Source: Eledone cirrhosa
Lineage: Eukaryota
NCBI GenBank assembly: GCA_964016885.1
Contig: OZ024744.1
Span: forward strand, 16,244,001 to 16,308,000
DNA: 64,000 bases
Reading direction: 5' to 3'
Positions within the stretch are counted from its first letter, which is position 1, and each line of letters starts with the position of its first letter. The translations under genes were made by a program, and so were the position numbers. Below, piece by piece: positions 51,640 to 63,275 of the stretch. The notes beneath the pieces are model-generated. The model saw only the letters and a list, made by a program, of their open reading frames with translations. It did no database searches and was not told the DNA's origin.

Positions 51640-54600
51640 GAGAATATGAAGGAAGTTGGAGAAGGAGAATATGAAGGAAGTTGGAGAAGGAAAATATGAA
51701 GGATGTTGGAGAAGGATAATATGAAAGAAGTTGGAGAAGGAGAGTATGAAGGAAATTGGAGAAGGAGAGTATGAAGGAAGTTGGAGAAGGAGATTATGAA
51801 GGAAGTTGGAGAAGCAGAGTATGAAGGAAGTTGGAGAAGGAGCGTATGAAGGAAGTTGAAGGAGGTGAATATGAAGGAAGTTGAAGAAGGAGAATATGAA
51901 GGAAGTTGGAGAAGGAGAGTATGAAGGAAGTTGAAGGAAGAAAATATGAAGGAAGTTGGAGGAGGAGAATATGAAAGGAAGTTGGAGAAGGAAAATATGA
52001 AGGATGTTGGAGAAGGATAATATAAAAGAAGTTGGAGAAGGAGAGTATGAAGGAAGTTGTAGAAGGAGCGTATGAAGGAAGTTGGAGAAGGCGATTATGA
52101 AGGAAGTTGGAGAAGGAGAGTATGAAGGAAGTTGGAGAAGGAGCGTATGAAGGAAGTTGGAGAAGGAGAGTAAGAAGGAAGTTGAAGGAAGAAAATATGA
52201 AGGAAGTTGGAGGAGGAGAATATGAAGGAATTTGGAGAAGGAAAATATGAAGGATGTTGGAGAAGGATAATATGAAAGAAGTTGGAGAAGGAGAGTATGA
52301 AGAAAGTTGAATAAGGAGAATATGAAGGAAGTTGGAGAAGGAGAGTATGAAGGAAGTTGGAGAAGGAGAATATGAAGGAAGTTGGGGAAGAAGGTATGAA
52401 GGAAGTTGGAGAAGGAGAGTATGAAGGAAGTTGGAGATGGCGAGTATGAAGGAAGTTGAATAAGGAGAATATCAAGGAAGTTGGAGAAGGAGAGTGTGAT
52501 TGAAGTTGGAGAAGAAGAGTATGAAGGAAGTTGGAGAAGGAGAATATGAAGGAAGTTGGAAAAGGAGAGTATGAAGGAGGTTGGAGGAGGAGAGTATGAA
52601 GGAAGTTGGAGATGGAGAATATGAAGGAAGTTGGAGAAGGAAAATATGAAGGATGTTGGAGAAGGAGAGTATGAAGGAAGTTGTAGAAGGAGAGGATGAA
52701 GGAAGTTGGAGAAGGAGCGTATGAAGGAAGTTGGAGAAGGAGAGTATGAAGAAAGTTGAATAAGGAGAATATGAATGAAGTTGGAGAAGGAGAGTATGAA
52801 GGAAGTTGGAGAAGGAGAATATGAAGGAAGTTGGGGAAGAAGGTATGAAGGAAGTTGGAGAAGGAGAGTATGAAGGAAGTTGGAGAAGGAGAGTATGAAG
52901 GAATTTGGAGAAGGAGAGTATGAAGGAAGTTGAAGGAAGAAAATATGAAGGAAGTTGGAGAAGGAGAGTATGAAGGAAGTTGGGGAAGAAGGTATGAAGG
53001 AAGTTGGAGAAGGAGAGTATGAAGGAAGTTGGAGAAGGAGAGTATGAAGGAAGTTGGAGAAGGAGAGTATGAAGGAAGTTGAAGAAGTAGAATATGAAGG
53101 AAGTTGGAGAAGAAGAGTATGAAGGAAGTTGAAGGAGGAGAACATGAAGGAAGTTGAAGAAGGAGAATCTGAAGGAAGTTGGAGAAGGACAGTATGAAGG
53201 AAGTTGAAAGAGGAGAATATGAAGGAAGTTGAAGTAGGAGAATATGAACGAATTTGGAGAAGGAGAGTATGAAGGAAGTTGGAGAATGAGAATCTGAAGG
53301 AACTTGGAGAAGGAGAGTATGAAGGAAGTTGGAGAAGGAGAATCTGAAGGAAGTTGGAGAAGGAGAGTATGAAGGAAGTTGAAGAAGGAGAATCTGAAGG
53401 AAGTTGGAGAAGGAGAGTATGAAGGAAGTTGGGGGAGGAGAATATGAAGGAAGTTGAAGGAGGAGAATATGAACGAAGTTGAAGAAGGAGAATATGAAGG
53501 AAGTTGAAGGGGGAGAATATGAAGGAAGTTGATGATGGAGAATCAGAAGGAAGTTGGAGAAGGAGAGAATGAAGGAAGTTGAAGAAGGAGAATCTGAAAG
53601 AAGTTGGAGAAGGAGAGTAGTAAGGAAGTTGGAGAAGGAGAATCTGAAGGAAGTTTGAGAAGGAGAGTATGAAGGAAGTTGAAGGAGAAGTATATGAAGG
53701 ATGTTGAAGAAGTAGAATCTGAAGGAAGTTGGAGAAAGAGAGTATGATGGAATTTGAAGAAGGAGAATCTGAAAGAAGTTGGAAAAGGAGAGTATGAAGG
53801 AAGTTGGAGAAGGAGAATATGAAGGAAGTTGGAGAAGGAGAGTATGAAGGAAGTTGGAGAAGAAGAATCTGAAGGAAGTTGGAGAAGGAGAGTATGAAGG
53901 AAGTTGAAGAAGGAGAATCTGAAGGAAGTTGGAGATGGAGAGTATGAAGGAAGTTAGAGAAGGAGAATATGAAGGAAATTGAAGGAAGAGTATATGAACG
54001 AAGTTGGAGAAGGAGAATATGAAGGAAGTTGAAGTAGGAGAATATGAAGGAAGTTGAAGAAGGAGAATCAGAAGGAAGTTGGAGAAGGAGAGTATGAAGG
54101 AAGTTGAAGAAGGAGAATCTGAAAGAAGTTGGAGAAGGAGAGTATGAAAGAAGTTGGAGAAGGAGAGTATGAAGGAAGTTGAAGAAGGAGAATCTGAAGG
54201 AAGTTGGAGGAGAGTATGAAGGAAGTTGGAGAAAGAGAGTATGAAGGAAGTTGAAGGAGGAGTATATGAACGAAGTTGGAGATGGAGAATATGAAGAAAG
54301 TTGAAGTAGGAGAATATGAAGTAAGTTGAAGAAGGAGAATCAGAAGGAAGTTGGAGAAGGAGGATATGAAGGAAGTTGAAGGAGCAGAATATGAAGGAAG
54401 ATGGAGAAGGAGAGTATGAAGGAAGTTGGAGAAGGAGAATATGAAGGAATTTGGAGAAGGAGAGTATGAAGGAAGTTGGAGAAGGAGAATATGAAGAAAG
54501 TTGAAGGAGGAGAATATGAAGGAAGTTGGAGGAGGAGAGTATGAAGGAAGTTGGAGAAGGAGAGTATGAAGGAGGTTGGAGAAGGAGAATATGAAGGAAG

Positions 54601-57600
54601 TTGGAGAAGGAGAGTATGAAGGAGCTTGGAATTGTAGAGTATGAAGGAAGTTAGAGAAGGATAATATGAAGGAAGTTCGAGAAGCAGAGTATGAAGGATG
54701 TTGGAGAAGGAGAGTATGAAGGAAGTTGGAGAAGGAGAGTATGAAGGAAGTTGGAGAAGGAGAATATGAAGGAAGTTGGAGGAGGAGAGTATGAAGGAAG
54801 TTGGAGAAGGAGAATCTGACGGACGTTGGAGAAGGAGAGTAGGAAAGAAGTTGGAGAAGGATAATATGAAGTAAGTTGGATAAGGAGAATATGAAGGAAG
54901 TTGAAGGAGGAGAATATTAAAGAAGTTGGAAAAGGAGAGTATGAAGGAAGTTGGAGAAAGAGAATGTGAAGGAAGTTGGAGAAGGAGAGTATGAAGGAAG
55001 TTGGAGAAGGAGACTATGAAGGAAGTTGGAGAAGGAAAGTATGAAGGAAGTTGGAGAAGGAGAGTATGAAGGAAGTTGGAGAAGGAGATTATGGAGGAAG
55101 TTGGAGAAGGCGAGTATGAAGGAAGTTGGAGAAGGAGCGTATGATGGAAGTTGGAGAAGGAGATTTTGAAGGAAGTTGAATAAGGAGAATATGAAGGAAG
55201 TTGAAGAAGGAGAGTATGAAGGAAGTTGGAGAAGGAGAGTATGAAGGGGGCTGGAGGAGGAGAATATGAAGGAAGTTGGAGAAGGAGAGTATGAAGGAAG
55301 TTGGAGAAGTAGAATATGAAGGAAGTTGGGGAAGAAGGTATGAAGGAAGTTGGAGAAGGAGAGTCTGAAGGAAGTTGGAGATGGAGAGTATGAAGGAAGT
55401 TGAAGAAGGAGAGTATGAAGGAAGTTGGAGAAGTAGAGTATGAAGGAAGTTGGAGATGGAGAGTATGAAAGAAGTTGAATAAGGAGAATATCAAGGAAGT
55501 TGAAGAAGGAGAATATGAAGGAAGTTGGAGAAGGAGAGTATGAAGGAAGTTGAAGGAGAAGAATATGAAGGAAGTTGAAGGAGGAGAATATCAAGGAAGT
55601 TGGAGAAGGAGAGTGTGATTGAAGTTGGAGAAGAAGAGTATGAAGGAAGTTGGAGAAGGAGAATATGAAGGAAGTTGGAAAAGGAGAGTATGAAGGAGGT
55701 TGGAGGAGGAGAGTATGAATGAAGTTGGAGATGGAGAATATGAAGGAAGTTGGAGAAGGATAATATGAAGGAAGTTGGAGAAGGAGTGTATGAAGGAAGT
55801 TGGAGAAGGAGAATATGAAGGAAGTTGAAGGAGGAGAATATGGAGGAAGTTGAAGAAGGAGAATATGAAGGAAGTTGGAGAAGGAGAGTATGAAGGAAGT
55901 TGAAGGAAGAAAATATGAAGGAAGTTGGAGAAGGAGAGTATGAAGGAAGTTGGAGAAGGAGAATATGAAGGAAGTTGAAGAAGGAGAATATGAAGGAAGT
56001 TGCAGAAGGATAATATGAAGGAAGTTGGAGAAGGAGAGTATGAAGGAAGTTGGAGAAGGCGAGTATGAAGGAAATTGGAGAAGGAGAGTATGAAGGAGGT
56101 TGGAGGAGGAGAGTATGAAGGAAGTTGGAGAAGCAGAATATGAAGGAAATTGGAGAAGGAGAGTATGAAGGAAGTTGAAGGAAGAAAATATGAAGGAAGT
56201 TGGAGGAGGAGAATATGAAGGAAGTTGGAGAAGGAGAATATGAAGGAAGTTGGAGAAGGAAAATATGAAGGATGTTGGAGAAGGATAATATGAAAGAAGT
56301 TGGAGAAGGAGAGTATGAAGGAAGTTGGAGTTGGAGAGTATGAAGGAAGTTGGAGAAGGAGAGTATGAAGGAAGTTGGAGAAGGAGAGTATGAAGGAAGT
56401 TGGAGAAGGAGCGTATGAAGGAAGTTGGAGAAGGAGATTATGAAGGAAGTTGGAGAAGGAGAGTATGAAGGAAGTTGGAGAAGGAGCGTATGAAGGAAGT
56501 TGGAGAAGGGGAGTATGAAGGAAGTTGAAGGAAGAAAATATGAAGGGAGTTGCAGGAGGAAAATATGAAGGATGTTGGAGAAGGATAACATGAAAGAAGT
56601 TGGAGAAGGAGAGTATGAAGAAAGTTGAATAAGGAGAATATGAAGGAAGTTGGAGAAGGAGAGTATGAAGGAAGTTGGAAAAGGAGAATATGAAGGAAGT
56701 TGGGGAAGAAGGTATGAAGGAAGTTGGAGAAGGAGAGTATGAAGGAAGTTGGAGAAGGAGAGTATGAAGGAAGTTGGAGAAGGAGAGTATGAAGGAAGTT
56801 GAAGAAGGAGAATAAGAAGGAATTTGGAGAAGGAGAGTATGAAGGAAGTTGAAGGAGGAGAATATGAAGGAAGTTGAAGAAGGAGAATCTGAAGGAAGTT
56901 GGAGGAGAGTATGAAGGAAGTTGGAGAAAGAGAGTATGAAGGAAGTTGAAGGAGGAGTATATGAACGAAGTTGGAGATGGAGAATATGAAGAAAGTTGAA
57001 GTAGGAGAATATGAAGTAAGTTGAAGAAGGAGAATCAGAAGGAAGTTGGAGAAGGAGAATATGAAGAAAGTTGAAGGAGGAGAATATGAAGGAAGTTGGA
57101 GGAGGAGAGTATGAAGGAAGTTGGAGAAGGAGAGTATGAAGGAGGTTGGAGAAGGAGAATATGAAGGAAGTTGGAGAAGGAGAGTATGAAGGAGCTTAGA
57201 ATTGTAGAGTATGAAGGAAGTTAGAGAAGGATAATATGAAGGAAGTTGGAGAAGCAGAGTATGAAGGATGTTGGAGAAGGAGAGTATGAAGGAAGTTGGA
57301 GAAGGAGAGTATGAAGGAAGTTGGAGGAGGAGAGAATGAAGGAAGTTGGAGAAGAAGAATCTGACGGACGTTGGAGAAGGAGAGTAGGAAAGAAGTTGGA
57401 GAAGGATAATATGAAGGAAGTTGGATAAGGAGAATATGAAGGAAGTTGGAGAAGGAGAATATGAAGGAAGTTGGAGAAGGAAAATATGAAGGATGTTGGA
57501 GAAGGATAATATGAAAGAAGTTGGAGAAGGAGAGTATGAAGGAAATTGGAGAAGGAGAGTATGAAGGAAGTTGGAGAAGGAGATTATGAAGGAAGTTGGA

Positions 57601-60600
57601 GAAGCAGAGTATGAAGGAAGTTGGAGAAGGAGCGTATGAAGGAATTTGAAGGAGGAGAATATGAAGGAAGTTGAAGAAGGAGAATATGAAGGAAGTTGGA
57701 GAAGGAGAGTATGAAGGAAGTTGAAGGAAGAAAATATGAAGGAAGTTGGAGGAGGAGAATATGAAAGGAAGTTGGAGAAGGAAAATATGAAGGATGTTGG
57801 AGAAGGATAATATAAAAGAAGTTGGAGAAGGAGAGTATGAAGGAAGTTGTAGAAGGAGCGTATGAAGGAAGTTGGAGAAGGCGATTATGATGGAAGTTGG
57901 AGAAGGAGAGTATGAAGGAAGTTGGAGAAGGAGCGTATGAAGGAAGTTGGAGAAGGAGAGTATGAAGGAAGTTGAAGGAAGAAAATATGAAGGAAGTTGG
58001 AGGAGGAGAATATGAAGGAATTTGGAGAAGGAAAATATGAAGGATGTTGGAGAAGGATAATATGAAAGAAGTTGGAGAAGGAGAGTATGAAGAAAGTTGA
58101 ATAAGGAGAATATGAAGGAAGTTGGAGAAGGAGAGTATGAAGGAAGTTGGAGAAGGAGAATATGAAGGAAGTTGGGGAAGAAGGTATGAAGGAAGTTGGA
58201 GAAGGAGTGTATGAAGGAAGTTGGAGATGGCGAGTATGAAGGAAGTTGAATAAGGAGAATATCAAGGAAGTTGGAGAAGGAGAGTGTGATTGAAGTTGGA
58301 GAAGAAGAGTATGAAGGAAGTTGGAGAAGGAGAATATGAAGGAAGTTGGAAAAGGAGAGTATGAAGGAAGTTGGAGATGGAGAATATGAAAGAAGTTGGA
58401 GAAGGAAAATATGAAGGATGTTGGAGAAGGAGAGTATGAAGGAAGTTGTAGAAGGAGAGGATGAAGGAAGTTGGAGAAGGAGCGTATGAAGGAAGTTGGA
58501 GAAGGAGAGTATGAAGAAAGTTGAATAAGGAGAATATGAATGAAGTTGGAGAAGGAGAGTATGAAGGAAGTTGGAGAAGGAGAATATGAAGTAAGTTGGG
58601 GAAGAAGGTATGAAGGAAGTTGGAGAAGGAGAGTATGAAGGAAGTTGGAGAAGGAGAGTATGAAGGAATTTGGAGAAGGAGAGTATGAAGGAAGTTGAAG
58701 GAAGAAAATATGAAGGAAGTTGGAGAAGGAGAGTATGAAGGAAGTTGGGGAAGAAGGTATGAAGGAAGTTGGAGAAGGAGAGTATGAAGGAAGTTGGAGA
58801 AGGAGAGTATGAAGGAAGTTGGAGAAGGAGAGTATGAAGGAAGTTGAAGAAGTAGAATATGAAGGAAGTTGGAGAAGAAGAGTATGAAGGAAGTTGAAGG
58901 AGGAGAACATGAAGGAAGTTGAAGAAGGAGAATCTGAAGGAAGTTGGAGAAGGACAGTATGAAGGAAGTTGAAAGAGGAGAATATGAAGGAAGTTGAAGT
59001 AGGAGAATATGAACGAATTTGGAGAAGGAGAGTGTGAAGGAAGTTGGAGAATGAGAATCTGAAGGAACTTGGAGAAGGAGAGTATGAAGGAAGTTGGAGA
59101 AGGAGAATCTGAAGGAAGTTGGAGAAGGAGAGTATGAAGGAAGTTGAAGAAGGAGAATCTGAAGGAAGTTGGAGAAGGAGAGTATGAAGGAAGTTGGGGG
59201 AGGAGAATATGAAGGAAGTTGAAGGAGGAGAATATGAACGAAGTTGAAGAAGGAGAATATGAAGGAAGTTGAAGGGGGAGAATATGAAGGAAGTTGATGA
59301 TGGAGAATCAGAAGGAAGTTGGAGAAGGAGAGAATGAAGGAAGTTGAAGAAGGAGAATCTGAAAGAAGTTGGAGAAGGAGAGTAGTAAGGAAGTTGGAGA
59401 AGGAGAATCTGAAGGAAGTTTGAGAAGGAGAGTATGAAGGAAGTTGAAGGAGAAGTATATGAAGGATGTTGAAGAAGTAGAATCTGAAGGAAGTTGGAGA
59501 AAGAGAGTATGATGGAATTTGAAGAAGGAGAATCTGAAAGAAGTTGGAAAAGGAGAGTATGAAGGAAGTTGGAGAAGGAGAATATGAAGGAAGTTGGAGA
59601 AGGAGAGTATGAAGGAAGTTGGAGAAGAAGAATCTGAAGGAAGTTGGAGAAGGAGAGTATGAAGGAAGTTGAAGGAGAAGAATATGAAGGAAGTTGAAGG
59701 AGAATCTGAAGGAAGTTGGAGAAGGAGAGTATGAAGGAAGTTGAAGAAGGAGAATCTGAAGGAAGTTGGAGATGGAGAGTATGAAGGAAGTTAGAGAAGG
59801 AGAATATGAAGGAAATTGAAGGAAGAGTATATGAACGAAGTTGGAGAAGGAGAATATGAAGGAAGTTGAAGGAGGAGAATATGAAGGAAGTTGAAGAAGG
59901 AGAATCAGAAGGAAGTTGGAGAAGGAGAGTATGAAGGAAGTTGAAGAAGGAGAATCTGAAAGAAGTTGGAGAAGGAGAGTATGAAAGAAGTTGGAGAAGG
60001 AGAGTATGAAGGAAGTTGAAGAAGGAGAATCTGAAGGAAGTTGGAGGAGAGTATGAAGGAAGTTGGAGAAAGAGAGTATGAAGGAAGTTGAAGGAGGAGT
60101 ATATGAACGAAGTTGGAGATGGAGAATATGAAGAAAGTTGATGTAGGAGAATATGAAGTAAGTTGAAGAAGGAGAATCAGAAGGAAGTTGGAGAAGGAGG
60201 ATATGAAGGAAGTTGAAGGAGCAGAATATGAAGGAAGATGGAGAAGGAGAGTATGAAGGAAGTTGGAGAAGGAGAATATGAAGGAATTTGGAGAAGGAGA
60301 GTATGAAGGAAGTTGGAGAAGGAGAATATGAAGAAAGTTGAAGGAGGAGAATATGAAGGAAGTTGGAGGAGGAGAGTATGAAGGAAGTTGGAGAAGGAGA
60401 GTATGAAGGAGGTTGGAGAAGGAGAATATGAAGGAAGTTGGAGAAGGAGAGTATGAAGGAGCTTGGAATTGTAGAGTATGAAGGAAGTTAGAGAAGGATA
60501 ATATGAAGGAAGTTCGAGAAGCAGAGTATGAAGGATGTTGGAGAAGGAGAGTATGAAGGAAGTTGGAGAAGGAGAGTATGAAGGAAGTTGGAGAAGGAGA

Positions 60601-63275
60601 ATATGAAGGAAGTTGGAGGAGGAGAGTATGAAGGAAGTTGGAGAAGGAGAATCTGACGGACGTTGGAGAAGGAGAGTAGGAAAGAAGTTGGAGAAGGATA
60701 ATATGAAGTAAGTTGGATAAGGAGAATATGAAGGAAGTTGAAGGAGGAGAATATTAAAGAAGTTGGAAAAGGAGAGTATGAAGGAAGTTGGAGAAAGAGA
60801 ATGTGAAGGAAGTTGGAGAAGGAGAGTATGAAGGAAGTTGGAGAAGGAGACTATGAAGGAAGTTGGAGAAGGAAAGTATGAAGGAAGTTGGAGAAGGAGA
60901 GTATGAAGGAAGTTGGAGAAGGAGATTATGAAGGAAGTTGGAGAAGGCGAGTATGAAGGAAGTTGGAGAAGGAGCGTATGATGGAAGTTGGAGAAGGAGA
61001 TTTTGAAGGAAGTTGAATAAGGAGAATATGAAGGAAGTTGGAGAAGGAGAGTATGAAGGAAGTTGGAGAAGGAGAGTATGAAGGGGGCTGGAGGAGGAGA
61101 ATATGAAGGAAGTTGGAGAAGGAGAGTATGAAGGAAGTTGGAGAAGTAGAATATGAAGGAAGTTGGGGAAGAAGGTATGAAGGAAGTTGGAGAAGGAGAG
61201 TCTGAAGGAAGTTGGAGATGGAGAGTATGAAGGAAGTTGAAGAAGGAGAGTATGAAGGAAGTTGGAGAAGTAGAGTATGAAGGAAGTTGGAGATGGAGAG
61301 TATGAAAGAAGTTGAATAAGGAGAATATCAAGGAAGTTGAAGAAGGAGAATATGAAGGAAGTTGGAGAAGGAGAGTATGAAGGAAGTTGAAGGAGAAGAA
61401 TATGAAGGAAGTTGAAGGAGGAGAATATCAAGGAAGTTGGAGAAGGAGAGTGTGATTGAAGTTGGAGAAGAAGAGTATGAAGGAAGTTGGAGAAGGAGAA
61501 TATGAAGGAAGTTGGAAAAGGAGAGTATGAAGGAGGTTGGAGGAGGAGAGTATGAATGAAGTTGGAGATGGAGAATATGAAGGAAGTTGGAGAAGGATAA
61601 TATGAAGGAAGTTGGAGAAGGAGTGTATGAAGGAAGTTGGAGAAGGAGAATATGAAGGAAGTTGAAGGAGGAGAATATGGAGGAAGTTGAAGAAGGAGAA
61701 TATGAAGGAAGTTGGAGAAGGAGAGTATGAAGGAAGTTGAAGGAAGAAAATATGAAGGAAGTTGGAGAAGGAGAGTATGAAGGAAGTTGGAGAAGGAGAA
61801 TATGAAGGAAGTTGAAGAAGGAGAATATGAAGGAAGTTGCAGAAGGATAATATGAAGGAAGTTGGAGAAGGAGAGTATGAAGGAAGTTGGAGAAGGCGAG
61901 TATGAAGGAAATTGGAGAAGGAGAGTATGAAGGAGGTTGGAGGAGGAGAGTATGAAGGAAGTTGGAGAAGCAGAATATGAAGGAAATTGGAGAAGGAGAG
62001 TATGAAGGAAGTTGAAGGAAGAAAATATGAAGGAAGTTGGAGGAGGAGAATATGAAGGAAGTTGGAGAAGGAGAATATGAAGGAAGTTGGAGAAGGAAAA
62101 TATGAAGGATGTTGGAGAAGGATAATATGAAAGAAGTTGGAGAAGGAGAGTATGAAGGAAGTTGGAGTTGGAGAGTATGAAGGAAGTTGGAGAAGGAGAG
62201 TATGAAGGAAGTTGGAGAAGGAGAGTATGAAGGAAGTTGGAGAAGGAGCGTATGAAGGAAGTTGGAGAAGGAGATTATGAAGGAAGTTGGAGAAGGAGAG
62301 TATGAAGGAAGTTGGAGAAGGAGCGTATGAAGGAAGTTGGAGAAGGGGAGTATGAAGGAAGTTGAAGGAAGAAAATATGAAGGGAGTTGCAGGAGGAAAA
62401 TATGAAGGATGTTGGAGAAGGATAACATGAAAGAAGTTGGAGAAGGAGAGTATGAAGAAAGTTGAATAAGGAGAATATGAAGGAAGTTGGAGAAGGAGAG
62501 TATGAAGGAAGTTGGAAAAGGAGAATATGAAGGAAGTTGGGGAAGAAGGTATGAAGGAAGTTGGAGAAGGAGAGTATGAAGGAAGTTGGAGAAGGAGAGT
62601 ATGAAGGAAGTTGGAGAAGGAGAGTATGAAGGAAGTTGAAGAAGGAGAACAAGAAGGAATTTGGAGAAGGAGAGTATGAAGGAAGTTGAAGGAGGAGAAT
62701 ATGAAGGAAGTTGAAGAAGGAGAATCTGAAGGAAGTTGGAGGAGAGTATGAAGGAAGTTGGAGAAAGAGAGTATGAAGGAAGTTGAAGGAGGAGTATATG
62801 AACGAAGTTGGAGATGGAGAATATGAAGAAAGTTGAAGTAGGAGAATATGAAGTAAGTTGAAGAAGGAGAATCAGAAGGAAGTTGGAGAAGGAGAATATG
62901 AAGAAAGTTGAAGGAGGAGAATATGAAGGAAGTTGGAGGAGGAGAGTATGAAGGAAGTTGGAGAAGGAGAGTATGAAGGAGGTTGGAGAAGGAGAATATG
63001 AAGGAAGTTGGAGAAGGAGAGTATGAAGGAGCTTAGAATTGTAGAGTATGAAGGAAGTTAGAGAAGGATAATATGAAGGAAGTTGGAGAAGCAGAGTATG
63101 AAGGATGTTGGAGAAGGAGAGTATGAAGGAAGTTGGAGAAGGAGAGTATGAAGGAAGTTGGAGGAGGAGAGTATGAAGGAAGTTGGAGAAGAAGAATCTG
63201 ACGGACGTTGGAGAAGGAGAGTAGGAAAGAAGTTGGAGAAGGATAATATGAAGGAAGTTGGATAAGGAGAATATG
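51640..63275 (+). repeat. ~5.8 kb higher-order repeat, 2 near-identical copies (boundary ~57440)
   Basis: 26-bp monomer ATGAAAGGAAG at 51971 and 57761 (offset 5790). Pseudo-ORF offsets are 5765 (53145/58910) and 5837 (54340/60177, 54917/60754, 55491/61328). TCGA at 54677 and 60514. Confidence 0.92.
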
